From IMG/VR virus record IMGVR_UViG_3300025154_000149, positions 1-48,337 of that record: a stretch of 48,337 nucleotides of DNA. The stretch is one strand, 5' to 3'. Below are positions 37,601 through 46,266 of this stretch, piece after piece; within the stretch, counting starts at the first letter, position 1, and every line of letters begins with the position of its first letter. Origin of the DNA: a virus. Its lineage: Duplodnaviria; Caudoviricetes. The position numbers and the translations under genes are program-made. A model generated the notes under the pieces. It made no database searches. It was not told where the DNA came from and saw only the letters and a list, made by a program, of their open reading frames with translations.

Positions 37601-37972
37601 AATATCGAGGCGTTTCCATTGTGCGGTGCCGTAGGTGGCATTATCCATTTGAGCTTTAAAAAGTTTTTGCTCCTGGCGAAGTTGTTTCATGGTAAGCCCG
37701 GTAAGTCCTATCTCGCTACGAAGCTCTTTCATCCGGGCATCGTTTGCATCAATTGCAATACTATTTTCTTTAATTGCTTTTGTAACTGCCTTATATTCTT
37801 CGGTTTCTTTTTTGCCGGCAGCTTCTAATTTCTTTTTTTCAAGTCTGAGTTCTTTAGTTTGCTGTACCAATTCGCGGGTTGATTGTTCCAGATCGCCAAG
37901 CTCTTTTTTGCTTTTATCGCCGTTAACTATAATGTTAAGTTTAAGATCTTCGTCGCGTAATGTTTTTCCCAT
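34613..37972 (-). CDS. Tape measure protein
   Basis: 1119 aa; ADVRKTTGL...ARIAGKLGI TP901-type core; C-terminal GGHTG...GTVHANEYV. Confidence 0.9.
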   Translation of the reverse strand: MGKTLRDEDLKLNIIVNGDKSKKELGDLEQSTRELVQQTKELRLEKKKLEAAGKKETEEYKAVTKAIKENSIAIDANDARMKELRSEIGLTGLTMKQLRQEQKLFKAQMDNATYGTAQWKRLDIELKKVEAQMHKVKSGGNGMRQSMGKIADGFNRFALLGASVIATLTGIAFKFSSIIKGNAELSDSFADVRKTTGLTDKEVKELYKTLKTFDTRTANKELLGLARIAGKLGISGIKDVEGFVRAADKINVALSEDLGGNTEEAINHIGKLVAIFKIKEEYGLEEGMMKIGSAINALGAASTASEGYLVEFTKRVAGIAPNANISAADTLGLAAALDQLGQTAEVSSTVFSKLIIAIGKDIPRYAKMAGMSTQQLSDLLASDTNEALLTVLDSAKSTEGGVTGMVKSLEMLGVEGQRSAAVLGALIENTDTIREAQRTANEEFEKGTSLQEEFNIKNATLGATLEKLTKDFAALFMKTSVMEFLERVVISLYINFDRLVKGIGLFLKIIAVGTTALVSYRLAILLAGHLTKQYTVYTNLAAAATRVFNTVVKSNPVGLLVSVLTSAASAFFLFRTKAKDATKQQSNFNKELENTERIINKEKILKFLREVGLLKKELKEISPGIFIEKEVLDTTEAQINKLNAAISKLSVSELKELFNVLSDEVVEIKRELGDSDLADILVGDMAKKAGELYTLENSLFLINKELEKASKIRPFAENIIESEEDLQKALLELRKQYGLIKQKELFVIEMQALDENKAARLLSEEEYYKASKAIYDKYFPEGEKNKMDPFPDEETIQDESTYLIQKYQETLEGRKVMLDAMLEAEIISLAEYKDRVALIDQEILDSKRRTTDEWINSMHYATDAISSMFQMASSNEIQSIEQAYNYRIEAAEGNAEKQKQLQKELDEEKRKLEKKWALRQAILSSGMVLMEGGVELARINSNPVVTADLTQSLRVALTTAAIIRTIANEAAIWSNYAAASNFWSGGHTGPGRKYEPKGTVHANEYVVNQEGMQDPVISNFISSYVEPKRLRSLNYSGLNEAINYTRGYTTGGGVGYSQPVTNNINVDNSDLKAELAASRQVMSLMVQYLKTPPVAIVPPSTWREGRQHINEANAIENFE

Positions 37973-37974
37973 GG

Positions 37975-38376
37975 TTAATTAAATTGAGAAAATTCTTTTT
38001 TTAAATTGTTAGCCACTTCATCCGTAAGTCCGTACATTAATTTATAGGCAATGGCATTGTAATGGCCGAACGTGTACTTGTTATATATGGGGTATGCTTT
38101 TCGCCTTGTTTTTCGCTTTTGTAATCGGTCAATATTGCTTGATTGCTTTCGGTTTTTTGGTTTAATATCCAGCACACGGCCATAACCGGGTATGGTTAGG
38201 GTTAGTTCACCATCAAGATCATTGCCGCCTGAAACATGCTGTTCGCGTGAAGTATCGAGCCGGTTTGAATGAAATGTAAGCAACCTGCGTATTGCTGCCG
38301 TTTGGTTTTTATTGAAGCGTTTGGCTTCTTCCTGCAGTACTTGTTTTACAAAGGCTTTTTTTACAAGTGTTTCCAT
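37975..38376 (-). CDS. Tail completion/neck-type basic protein
   Basis: Precedes tape measure; start revised to METLVK, 4 nt after promoter -7 box. Confidence 0.55.
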   Translation of the reverse strand: METLVKKAFVKQVLQEEAKRFNKNQTAAIRRLLTFHSNRLDTSREQHVSGGNDLDGELTLTIPGYGRVLDIKPKNRKQSSNIDRLQKRKTRRKAYPIYNKYTFGHYNAIAYKLMYGLTDEVANNLKKEFSQFN

Positions 38377-38380
38377 GCTT

Positions 38381-38416
38381 CGAAAGTAGCATTCAGGCAA
38401 TGCGGTGTAAAGGACA
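38381..38416 (-). promoter_or_regulatory. Putative late promoter copy (TGTCCTTT-N20-TACTTTCG)
   Basis: Same motif. Confidence 0.65.
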
Positions 38417-38432
38417 AAACGGGGGAATAAAA

Positions 38433-38466
38433 AAACCTTCAAAGGTTTTAAAACCTTTGAAGGTTT
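38433..38466. repeat. Perfect 34-bp palindrome (terminator or REP-like)
   Basis: AAACCTTCAAAGGTTTT|AAAACCTTTGAAGGTTT, followed by a T tract on the minus strand. Confidence 0.75.
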
Positions 38467-38496
38467 GAGTATTTCAGAAAATAAAAAAAACTATGG

Positions 38497-38940
38497 CTAT
38501 TTAACGGTATTAAGTATTGCCCAGGCTCTAATGCGTATGGTAGGGCTACCCAGGTAATTGACTGACATTACACGAAAACGGCCACCCTGAAGGGTTCCTT
38601 CCCAAACTACGGATGCTTGTGTTCCGGTAATTGAAAGCGTTTTGCCGGTTAGCGCAATCCATTCGGCGGTTGATATGGGCTGCCATTGCAAAATAGCTGC
38701 AGCGTTAATGGTGGTGTCTGAGTCAACGCTGTCGGCAATAAACGATAGCTGGTAATTAACCGCTTCTAACATCATTCCGGCATCGTAGGTGAAATACACG
38801 ATACTGTCGGCGCCGGTGGCAACGGTATCGGGTGTAAAGGTTACAATTTTATGATCGGGCATTACTGCCTGTGCCTTTGTTTGGTTTTGTATAAAACAAA
38901 CGGATAAGGCTAAAAACAAAAACATTAAAAATTTTCTCAT
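38497..38940 (-). CDS. Signal-peptide-bearing beta-rich protein
   Basis: Start revised to MRKFLMFLFLALSVCF...KAQA; own late promoter copy. Confidence 0.6.
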   Translation of the reverse strand: MRKFLMFLFLALSVCFIQNQTKAQAVMPDHKIVTFTPDTVATGADSIVYFTYDAGMMLEAVNYQLSFIADSVDSDTTINAAAILQWQPISTAEWIALTGKTLSITGTQASVVWEGTLQGGRFRVMSVNYLGSPTIRIRAWAILNTVK

Positions 38941-38972
38941 TGGTATACTATTTAAATTATTAATAATTAGGC

Positions 38973-39008
38973 TAAAAGTATAGATGGCGACAATTGGTAG
39001 AAAGGACA
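38973..39008 (-). promoter_or_regulatory. Putative late promoter copy (TGTCCTTT-N20-TACTTTTA)
   Basis: Same motif. Confidence 0.65.
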
Positions 39009-39187
39009 AAAAAGTATATAAAAAAACCTTCATGGTATGAGAGAGTTAATTAAATAAAACTTTTCTTTTTCACTTTCGGGTACTGCAACATACCGGTCGG
39101 TGTCAACCAATATAAAAAAGCCTTCTTTTAGTTCCCAAAGGGAATGGGCCTCAATGCCTTTAATTACTGATTTGTTACGGTAGTACA

Positions 39188-39469
39188 TTATTTATCCCTT
39201 TCGCGTATATCAACATCCTTCATACAACGAAAAACTTCGGTTAGGTCAAAAAGCAGCGAAAGTGCATTTTTGTGTTGTAAAGGTGGATAGTTGTCTTCAA
39301 TGTTAAGGCTAATATGCTTTAATGCCTGTTCGCAACTTTTTGCCAGGCTTTCCATATCATCGTCATAAACTTCGTTTGCAAAGTCTAAAAATGGTTGTAC
39401 GTTAATAAATTTGCCTGTGTACGGATTTTTTACCAGAATAGGTTCTTGTGTTTGTTCTGTAGTTTTCAT
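39188..39469 (-). CDS. Hypothetical protein (moron)
   Basis: 93-aa ORF. Confidence 0.55.
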   Translation of the reverse strand: MKTTEQTQEPILVKNPYTGKFINVQPFLDFANEVYDDDMESLAKSCEQALKHISLNIEDNYPPLQHKNALSLLFDLTEVFRCMKDVDIRERDK

Positions 39470-39545
39470 AATTTTATAAAGTTATTAAGTTAACAAAATG
39501 CCCCCGGGAGATGTTGACGCATCGTTTGACCGGGGGTTATTATTT

Positions 39546-40160
39546 TTATTGGTCTAGTATTTTCATTATCTCACCAAGGTTTCCTTTGTTCTCAGCAATC
39601 TCTTTAATGCGCGCCGTGTTCTTATTGAATTCATCAAATACACTTAGCTTATGTCCTGTGTCCAATGCGCTTTTCATTTGCATTTCAGATAAATTTGTTT
39701 TCTCCATATTATCGCCATATTTTTTAAAAACATCAATGCCAGGGAAAAATTTAAATAACCCTTCACTCATTTTATTATCAAAATCTGCTGTAGTTTCATA
39801 AAATATTTTGTCTAACTCGTCAATTTCAGGTAGTGGATGATTATCCCAACATCCTATTATATCTTTAAAACAAGTATCTTCTTTATATTCTGTTTGCACA
39901 TCAGTCCCTTCCCATTGTTTCAAATGATCTTTATAATAAGTTCCTTCCAGTTCTGATTTACAATAATTCCAGATGCGCAATAAAGTAGATTGTATCTGCT
40001 CCATTTTATATAAGCGAACAGTGTGTTCGCCTATAATTCTGTACATTAGGTCTTGGTTTTCTACACTCTTTCTTAGGAAAAGAGGATTTGTTGCCATTGT
40101 TAACAACAGCCAATTGTTTTCCTTTATCGTTTGAATAATGCTATCTAAAAATTTTATCAT
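39546..40160 (-). CDS. Hypothetical protein coupled to KilA-N gene
   Basis: 204 aa, ATGA overlap; hairpin CCCCGG...CCGGGG at 39502-39535 downstream. Confidence 0.6.
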   Translation of the reverse strand: MIKFLDSIIQTIKENNWLLLTMATNPLFLRKSVENQDLMYRIIGEHTVRLYKMEQIQSTLLRIWNYCKSELEGTYYKDHLKQWEGTDVQTEYKEDTCFKDIIGCWDNHPLPEIDELDKIFYETTADFDNKMSEGLFKFFPGIDVFKKYGDNMEKTNLSEMQMKSALDTGHKLSVFDEFNKNTARIKEIAENKGNLGEIMKILDQ

Positions 40161-40792
40161 TGTTTCTCGTTATTTGATTGGTTAAATAAATTAGTTTGAA
40201 TATCCTTTATTCTAGACACTGTTTTTTTTGTTCTGTTATTTTTTTCATTGTTTAATTCTTCTTGTATTTCTATATATTTCGCCAAATCCTCTCCTTTGTT
40301 TTCTTTGTTTTCAAGTTCCTTTAGTTGTGCTTGTAATTCAACTGTGTGCTCAAAAGATGCATCCTGCTCTCGAGCAAACCCAAATAATATTTCTTCAATT
40401 ATTTGTGTAACCCAAAGTAGAAAATAAGGACTTAACCACATTGCAAAAGCAATTGATAAATAGCGATGCATCCATGTACCATTTTCGCGTCCACCGTGAA
40501 CGACTTTTAGTATATTTTCTGATACTGTTTTTTTTTCATTGACCACTTGGTCAAGTTGCAAATTAGCAACTTGCTGTTCATTTTCGTACATAACTATTTC
40601 ACAATAATTTTTATTTCCAAATTCTTTTTCCAGAACATCTATAAACTCCTGAATTTGTTTATTTCTGAGAAAAAAAGCAACTTTTTTTTCAAATGCATTT
40701 CCCATTTGAGTGGCATTAACCATTACTTCTTTTTTTTGCATAAACGCGCTGAAATCTATTTCAACGTTGTTAAATTTTCTTTGTAAAATCAT
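40157..40792 (-). CDS. KilA-N domain protein (antirepressor-like)
   Basis: VMVNATQMGNAF...GTWMHRYLSIAFAMWLSPYF; C-terminal coiled coil. Confidence 0.85.
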   Translation of the reverse strand: MILQRKFNNVEIDFSAFMQKKEVMVNATQMGNAFEKKVAFFLRNKQIQEFIDVLEKEFGNKNYCEIVMYENEQQVANLQLDQVVNEKKTVSENILKVVHGGRENGTWMHRYLSIAFAMWLSPYFLLWVTQIIEEILFGFAREQDASFEHTVELQAQLKELENKENKGEDLAKYIEIQEELNNEKNNRTKKTVSRIKDIQTNLFNQSNNEKQ

Positions 40793-40927
40793 AATTTTAA
40801 TTTTTAATATTTCAACAAATATAAATAGTATTTCTATTAATACCAAATAGAACACTAAAAAAGTTTATAAAATACTTGTGATATTCATTGAATTGCTTTA
40901 ATTTAGCAAAATAAAAATTTATTAATA

Positions 40928-41083
40928 ATGACTAAAGACGCCACAAGCTTAAAACTAGAGCCTGAAATAATGAAGAAGGTGCGGGAATATGCAAAGAAGG
41001 AAAACCGTTCAATGAATAATTTTATTGAAACAGTTTTAATAAAATATTTTGAAGAAGCTGAGAAACTTAAAAATGGCAGTTGA
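40928..41083 (+). CDS. Arc-like ribbon-helix-helix regulator (51 aa, not in ORF track)
   Basis: Hand translation MTKDATSLKLEPEIMKKVREYAKKENRSMNNFIETVLIKYFEEAEKLKNGS; SLKL strand and AxxENRSMN motif. Confidence 0.8.
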   Translation: MTKDATSLKLEPEIMKKVREYAKKENRSMNNFIETVLIKYFEEAEKLKNGS

Positions 41084-41115
41084 TTGTTTTCATATTATAG
41101 TTTTAATTAATATTT

Positions 41116-41148
41116 AAAAAAGCCCTGGAGATATCCGGGGCTTTTTTT
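41116..41148. terminator. Bidirectional intrinsic terminator
   Basis: AAAAAAGCCCTGGA-GATA-TCCGGGGCTTTTTT between convergent genes. Confidence 0.8.
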
Positions 41149-41152
41149 GCTT

Positions 41153-41554
41153 TTAATTTTTATTTGGTTCTCTTTCTTTAAAGTTTTTTAGTGTCGCTGG
41201 ATAATATTGTCCATCAGAACCCTTTATAATTGTTTGTTTTAATAACCAATGATAAACACTGGATTGTCCTATAGTTATAACATAAGCTTGCACGAATTCC
41301 CATCCGATATCACCCATAAAATTCATTGCATCAATCATGCTATTAAATTTCTTTGGCTTTCCTGTTTCTTCATCTAATATCAATGAAGAATTCATACCTA
41401 AGAATCCTTTTTCTTCTCCCATATCAATAACTACGGTTACTTTATTAAACATGGATGTACCCAATAGTTCACAATAGATAATTTTAAATTCCTCTTGTGC
41501 TTTTAAATTAATTGCAAAAACAATAATCATAAAAACAAACAATAATTTTTTCAT
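41153..41554 (-). CDS. Exported Bacteroidota-type hypothetical protein (moron)
   Basis: Signal peptide MKKLLFVF...KAQ; FNSMIDAMNFMG..GWEFVQAY motif. Confidence 0.65.
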   Translation of the reverse strand: MKKLLFVFMIIVFAINLKAQEEFKIIYCELLGTSMFNKVTVVIDMGEEKGFLGMNSSLILDEETGKPKKFNSMIDAMNFMGDIGWEFVQAYVITIGQSSVYHWLLKQTIIKGSDGQYYPATLKNFKEREPNKN

Positions 41555-41623
41555 ATCTCATAAATATTTAGTTAAACAATGCATCAAGGTAAAAAATAAA
41601 TAGAAGAAAGAAAAATAATGATT

Positions 41624-42079
41624 TCATATTCCGTTGGTCACAAACTCCAAGCTTATGCTCCAACCATTATATCCGCCAAAAACATTATTCTCTGGGTCGG
41701 TGTGTATGCTGTTGGTGTCCAGCTCGTACAAAAACGGATAATTTGCATAGTCCGCTTTATCGGTAAGTATTTGTTGTTTTACAAGGCTTAGCGCATTTTG
41801 AGTTTCTTCGTAATTATTAAGCTCGGTGGCATCGGTAACACTCGAGGGATCGTGCTTTTTAATTACAAACAAAAAGGTTATGTTGTTTTCTCTAATATTG
41901 TCAACCGAACCGGAATCCGGATCGGCAGACGGAATAACGGAAGCCAGGACAATGCCTGTTTTGTCCTTAATTTTTTTTATCAGATGGTCTTCGGTGGCAG
42001 CCAGTATATATTCGCCAATAGCCGGAACAGCATCTTTAAGATGGCTGCAATAGTTGTTAAAATCTCTAATTTTAATCAT
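41624..42079 (-). CDS. Putative tail terminator/neck protein
   Basis: 151 aa, FGGYNGWSISL C-terminus; synteny. Confidence 0.5.
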   Translation of the reverse strand: MIKIRDFNNYCSHLKDAVPAIGEYILAATEDHLIKKIKDKTGIVLASVIPSADPDSGSVDNIRENNITFLFVIKKHDPSSVTDATELNNYEETQNALSLVKQQILTDKADYANYPFLYELDTNSIHTDPENNVFGGYNGWSISLEFVTNGI

Positions 42080-42992
42080 CTTTTATCTTGTTTTTGCGCT
42101 TAAATTCTTCGTATTTCAGCTTAGCATCGTAAAGTTTAAGGAATATATCGTACAAATTGGCTTCGTCGGTTTCTTTAATGTTGCCAAAGGTGCCGGCATC
42201 GGCCATTGAAAACAACAGGCTGTTAAGGCCCAGGCTCTCTCCTTTTTCTTCGCCTTCTTTAAACAATACTTTAAAACAGACTTGTTGGCCCGACACTTCA
42301 ATTTCTTTGGTGCGGAAAAACAAATCGCAATTTCTGAAAAACAGGTATATAGCGTATTTCTGATAGTATGGCAGTTCGTTAATTATTCCTGCCCTATCGG
42401 CAACCAGGTGATAATTATATTTTTCGCGTTGCTGGCCATCATAATCTACGCTAAGTTTTACATCCTGGTAATGTTCGCGCTCAGGCCGGTATAGTATAGC
42501 CACCAGTTTATTGAGTTCGTTTGGTTCATGTTTTACCGAAAAATTGCGGTATGCATCAAAAGCATGTCGGTATTCGGCAAAACTGCAATCGGTTAAACCA
42601 TGGGCGGGACCGTAAAACATATTTCCGTTTATATGCAGAACAGGCAGAAAATTCTTTACTGAATCGTAATTAAGACGATAAAAGAAGGCGCCTTCTTTCT
42701 CATCCAGGATAAAGAAGTAATTGAGTGTTTCGGTAAGTTGCCAGGTGTTCTGGTATTTTTCCTCAAGCTCTTCTTCTGTCATGCGGTCGGATTTACGCAA
42801 AGCAAAAGGCGAAAGTTTTATGCCTAAAAAATTATATAGTATTAGCAACTTAAATTCTTCAATGCTCAGTTTGCGATCTTCGAGCTTTATTATTTGCTGC
42901 ATAACAAAATCGAACTGTTCGGTTGTCATTTCTTCCCAGCACGAAGGGTATTCAATATGAACGTCTTTTTCGGGTATATCAAGCGTATGCAT
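42072..42992 (-). CDS. Phage morphogenesis protein (tail assembly chaperone-like)
   Basis: PSCWEEMT N-terminus, GTFGNIKETDEANLYD C-terminus; synteny. Confidence 0.5.
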   Translation of the reverse strand: MHTLDIPEKDVHIEYPSCWEEMTTEQFDFVMQQIIKLEDRKLSIEEFKLLILYNFLGIKLSPFALRKSDRMTEEELEEKYQNTWQLTETLNYFFILDEKEGAFFYRLNYDSVKNFLPVLHINGNMFYGPAHGLTDCSFAEYRHAFDAYRNFSVKHEPNELNKLVAILYRPEREHYQDVKLSVDYDGQQREKYNYHLVADRAGIINELPYYQKYAIYLFFRNCDLFFRTKEIEVSGQQVCFKVLFKEGEEKGESLGLNSLLFSMADAGTFGNIKETDEANLYDIFLKLYDAKLKYEEFKRKNKIKDD

Positions 42993-43500
42993 ACTTAAGT
43001 TTTGAAAAATAAAACTGAATTTTATTTATCACATTTTGCACCCAACGCTCAAGTTTCACATACCAGGGCAATGTTTTCATAATATAAGCAGCTACATCCC
43101 GGGGAAAGGGGCGGGTTGTTTCGTAAAAATCCTGTAATGCCTTCACTGAATATTGCTTGTACTTATATTCGTTTTCAAGAATATTAATGGTATAAAGCAT
43201 CCAGGCTATTTTCGACTGGTTTTCCAAAAAACTTTCAATCCGGTTGTTTAGAGCAACAGGATCGAGTTTTACAATTTTTTTAGGGTTGGCGGCAATGCGG
43301 GCTGCATATTCTTTCCACTGATCTGTTAATTGATTTCTAAATACATCAAGAAAAGGGCAATGGGTAAGGTATCCGCAGATCCTGTCCTGGTAACGTTGCT
43401 GCGCTTCGGCAAAATTATTAAACAGGTTATCGTACAAGGCTTGCGCCAATGCTGTTTCGCGCCTTTTTCTGCGCTCAGGATGTTTTACAATTTTTCCCAT
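42979..43500 (-). CDS. Hypothetical protein
   Basis: 173 aa within portal operon. Confidence 0.55.
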   Translation of the reverse strand: MGKIVKHPERRKRRETALAQALYDNLFNNFAEAQQRYQDRICGYLTHCPFLDVFRNQLTDQWKEYAARIAANPKKIVKLDPVALNNRIESFLENQSKIAWMLYTINILENEYKYKQYSVKALQDFYETTRPFPRDVAAYIMKTLPWYVKLERWVQNVINKIQFYFSKLKYAYA

Positions 43501-43519
43501 AGTAATAGTTAGTTAATAG

Positions 43520-44521
43520 TTATACTCTAAAATGTTTATTGGCAGTGTCGTTATGATCAATTATTGAATCGGGAGCATACTCTTCTTCCGCTTCGTCGGC
43601 AATAAGTTTTACCAGGTGTTGTTCAAGTGCCGAAAGCATTACTTCGCCCTCTAACTGAAAATCTTTTGCAACATCATTCATCAGCTGAAGCATTGGCACT
43701 TGTTTAGCTGGTGTGGTTTGGCTTTCAGACATATAATTCTGAATTACTCCTTCAGGGATAACTTGTAACGAAAGTCTTTTTACAGCTTTTGCCATAGTAA
43801 GGTATGCCAGGGCAGGCTGAATAAGTGCAAGTATATCGGGATTATCACCGGTAAGAGATCCGGCTTTAATTTCATCTTTTATAGCATCAAAAAGAATTGG
43901 GTTTAGCACTGCTTTTATGGTGTTGTTTTCAACTTCCTGCATAAAGGGAAGTATCTTGAGAAAGAAGCGGCGCGATTTGTCAATGGGAAAATTGGCATCA
44001 AACACTTTGGCAGTATTAATAAACAGGCTGCGTGCCAATACCTGTGACGCGCTGTTTTTCCATTCTGAAATACTGGCCTCATTTTTTTCAAGAAAAGCAA
44101 TAAGCCGGTCGGTTGTTTTGTGTGCTTTTCTTAAAACAGAAGCATCATCACGTTCAAGTAACCAGTCCCAAGGTATTTTTTCTGTTAGACTATCTATTTT
44201 TATTTTCCTACCGGTATCTTCGTGCGACACATCCCGGTTTGCACTAAATTCTATGTAAGCAAATAAGGCTACCGGCAATTGAATATGATGCACCAGGTTG
44301 TCGTTAAGCAGTTCAGCAGCCGATGGCGTTGTTTTTTCGTAGCTTGCACTTATATAATGCGCATTAGCCCTGTCGTATACTGCCTGGCCTATAAGTTCAA
44401 TGATTTCTTCTTCGGCAATTTCAATGTCGGTTTTTATGTTGTCAAATTCATTGGAAGCATACAAAAAGCCTATCCTGGCTTTTAATTCTGCTGTACCTAA
44501 GCTGTTTTTATTAAAAAGCAT
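43520..44521 (-). CDS. Head-tail connector/adaptor-like protein (DUF6712-like)
   Basis: MLFNK start, two-lobed helical 333 aa, directly after portal. Confidence 0.6.
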   Translation of the reverse strand: MLFNKNSLGTAELKARIGFLYASNEFDNIKTDIEIAEEEIIELIGQAVYDRANAHYISASYEKTTPSAAELLNDNLVHHIQLPVALFAYIEFSANRDVSHEDTGRKIKIDSLTEKIPWDWLLERDDASVLRKAHKTTDRLIAFLEKNEASISEWKNSASQVLARSLFINTAKVFDANFPIDKSRRFFLKILPFMQEVENNTIKAVLNPILFDAIKDEIKAGSLTGDNPDILALIQPALAYLTMAKAVKRLSLQVIPEGVIQNYMSESQTTPAKQVPMLQLMNDVAKDFQLEGEVMLSALEQHLVKLIADEAEEEYAPDSIIDHNDTANKHFRV

Positions 44522-44525
44522 GGTT

Positions 44526-45872
44526 TTAAGTATTATTGGTTACACGTGCCTCAGGCGAAACATCTTCTTCCTTTTTCACAATTTTATGATAAAAGCCAAG
44601 TTTGAGGTTCTTGTTTGGAAAGTTTGCCTTTATGGCCAGGTTAATAGCTTTGGTAACATGCCGCTCCGGTATTTCTATGTCGGTGGCATCGTAAAGTTTT
44701 AGCGCGTAAAGCTGTTCAGATCCTGAAGAAAGATTTCCGTCCATGCTCAGGTTTGAGAGCGAAGGAGAAAGTCCCAATCCGGATGCTACTTCAAAATCGG
44801 CACGTTTGGCAATGTTCAGCTGAGCGTCAATAAAATCCTTCACCTTCATATCAACGGCTTCAATTTCCCAGCCTTCCATTTTTCCGTACTGGTTTATTAC
44901 AAATTCAGATTCGAAGAATTTGCCAACATTGTCAACTCCGGAAAGCATATCGCCAAGCTGCGAAAACATTTCATCTTTCAGGTCTTCCAGCAACTTTTCT
45001 TCATATGCCAATCCTTTTTTTGTGCACTGGTCTTTAAGATGCTCGCGCTTAACATCCCAATATTCTCTTGGCGATTTTATGTGCCATTTAATCTGTAATG
45101 AATTATTGGTAAGCGATTCCAATACTTTTGGTATATCAGAGCTTCGTTTTATCCAGTTTAATGCACCATAATAAGCCGGAACAAAGGCAAAACCCCGGGC
45201 ATAAGAGTAATCATGTACAAAAATAATGGCACGTTGAGCCAAGAAGGGTTGTTTTTTGTCGAAAACAGGGAATTTTTTCAGGCCATAGCGGTTTGGGTTT
45301 TCAAAGTCGCCAACTAAAATGTTTTTAACATTAACGCCGTCTTTTGGCCATTCCATGCGTGCTTTTTCAATTCCAACATGTTCCAGGCTATTAATGCGCC
45401 CTTCGCCACCAATGCGGGGGGCGCGGTTTCGTATTGTTTTGGTTACGTATCCGTTAGAACTTATATAATCAACAAAAACCCTGTCCAGGTAGTCTTCAAA
45501 ATCCCAATTATCAAGCCAGTCGAGTATTTCTCTATCTTCAGCCCATTTACGCTCGGGCGCGCCTGATGAATAGTCAAGGTAATATAAAGCAGGGCCTTGG
45601 CCCCAGAGCAATTTTCTTTTGCGCGACAATACACCCGGAGCAATGTGGTTGTCTTCGAGTATATCACGAAGGTCCAACGGCATGCGATTGTTATCTCCCA
45701 GGGGAACAATTTCCACGTCCCCAATGCGGATGGGATCATCGCCCCATGCCCTTAGCGGAAAGGTATTTGAAACGGTAGATGCTCTTTGAATAGCACCTGA
45801 AACTTCGAAGGTATGTACATGGGTGCGGGTTTCAACAGCTGCAAAATTTCCGCGTCGGTGAACAATAGCCAT
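44526..45872 (-). CDS. Portal protein
   Basis: PLGDNNRMP...LLWGQG, SSGSEQLYA motifs; 448 aa; synteny. Confidence 0.7.
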   Translation of the reverse strand: MAIVHRRGNFAAVETRTHVHTFEVSGAIQRASTVSNTFPLRAWGDDPIRIGDVEIVPLGDNNRMPLDLRDILEDNHIAPGVLSRKRKLLWGQGPALYYLDYSSGAPERKWAEDREILDWLDNWDFEDYLDRVFVDYISSNGYVTKTIRNRAPRIGGEGRINSLEHVGIEKARMEWPKDGVNVKNILVGDFENPNRYGLKKFPVFDKKQPFLAQRAIIFVHDYSYARGFAFVPAYYGALNWIKRSSDIPKVLESLTNNSLQIKWHIKSPREYWDVKREHLKDQCTKKGLAYEEKLLEDLKDEMFSQLGDMLSGVDNVGKFFESEFVINQYGKMEGWEIEAVDMKVKDFIDAQLNIAKRADFEVASGLGLSPSLSNLSMDGNLSSGSEQLYALKLYDATDIEIPERHVTKAINLAIKANFPNKNLKLGFYHKIVKKEEDVSPEARVTNNT

Positions 45873-45878
45873 AATGAA

Positions 45879-46163
45879 TTAGTTTAATTGGATCCTTGTT
45901 CCGTTAAAATACATGAGGGCAGGCTGGTAACATTGCCGGGGGTTGTTTGTATCAAGCTTAAGGTAGTTGAGCATGATATCAGCATTGGCGTTATCTTCCT
46001 CGTAGGTAGCAGCCCTAAGCTTTGCCCTTAAAACATGCACCACGCCCTGGCTTGTTTGCCTGTCGCGATAATAACTCATAAAAGAAAATGAGAATGACTT
46101 ATCCAGTTTGGTAAGCCTTCTCATTTCTGCTATGGCCGAATAAAGATCAATTGTTTTTTCCAT
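45879..46163 (-). CDS. Small phage protein upstream of portal
   Basis: 94 aa, FSFSFMS...LMYFNG; starts 4 nt after promoter -7 box. Confidence 0.65.
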   Translation of the reverse strand: MEKTIDLYSAIAEMRRLTKLDKSFSFSFMSYYRDRQTSQGVVHVLRAKLRAATYEEDNANADIMLNYLKLDTNNPRQCYQPALMYFNGTRIQLN

Positions 46164-46167
46164 GCTA

Positions 46168-46203
46168 CGAATGTAGCCGGAAGGGATATTTTAAGAAAGG
46201 ACA
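46168..46203 (-). promoter_or_regulatory. Putative late promoter copy (TGTCCTTT-N20-TACATTCG)
   Basis: Same motif. Confidence 0.65.
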
Positions 46204-46208
46204 AAAAA

Positions 46209-46230
46209 AAGCCTACCCGATAGTAGGCTT
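46209..46230 (-). terminator. Intrinsic terminator separating early block from portal operon
   Basis: AAGCCTAC-CCGATA-GTAGGCTT with T tract on minus strand. Confidence 0.75.
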
Positions 46231-46266
46231 ATAAGATAAAAGTATAAAGGAAAAAGATAAAAGTTA

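Noticed and set aside
35353-37982. Plus-strand ORFs opposite the tape measure (and similar ones opposite terminase, capsid, primase, portal)
   Set aside because: Antisense shadows of long genes with no recognisable motifs
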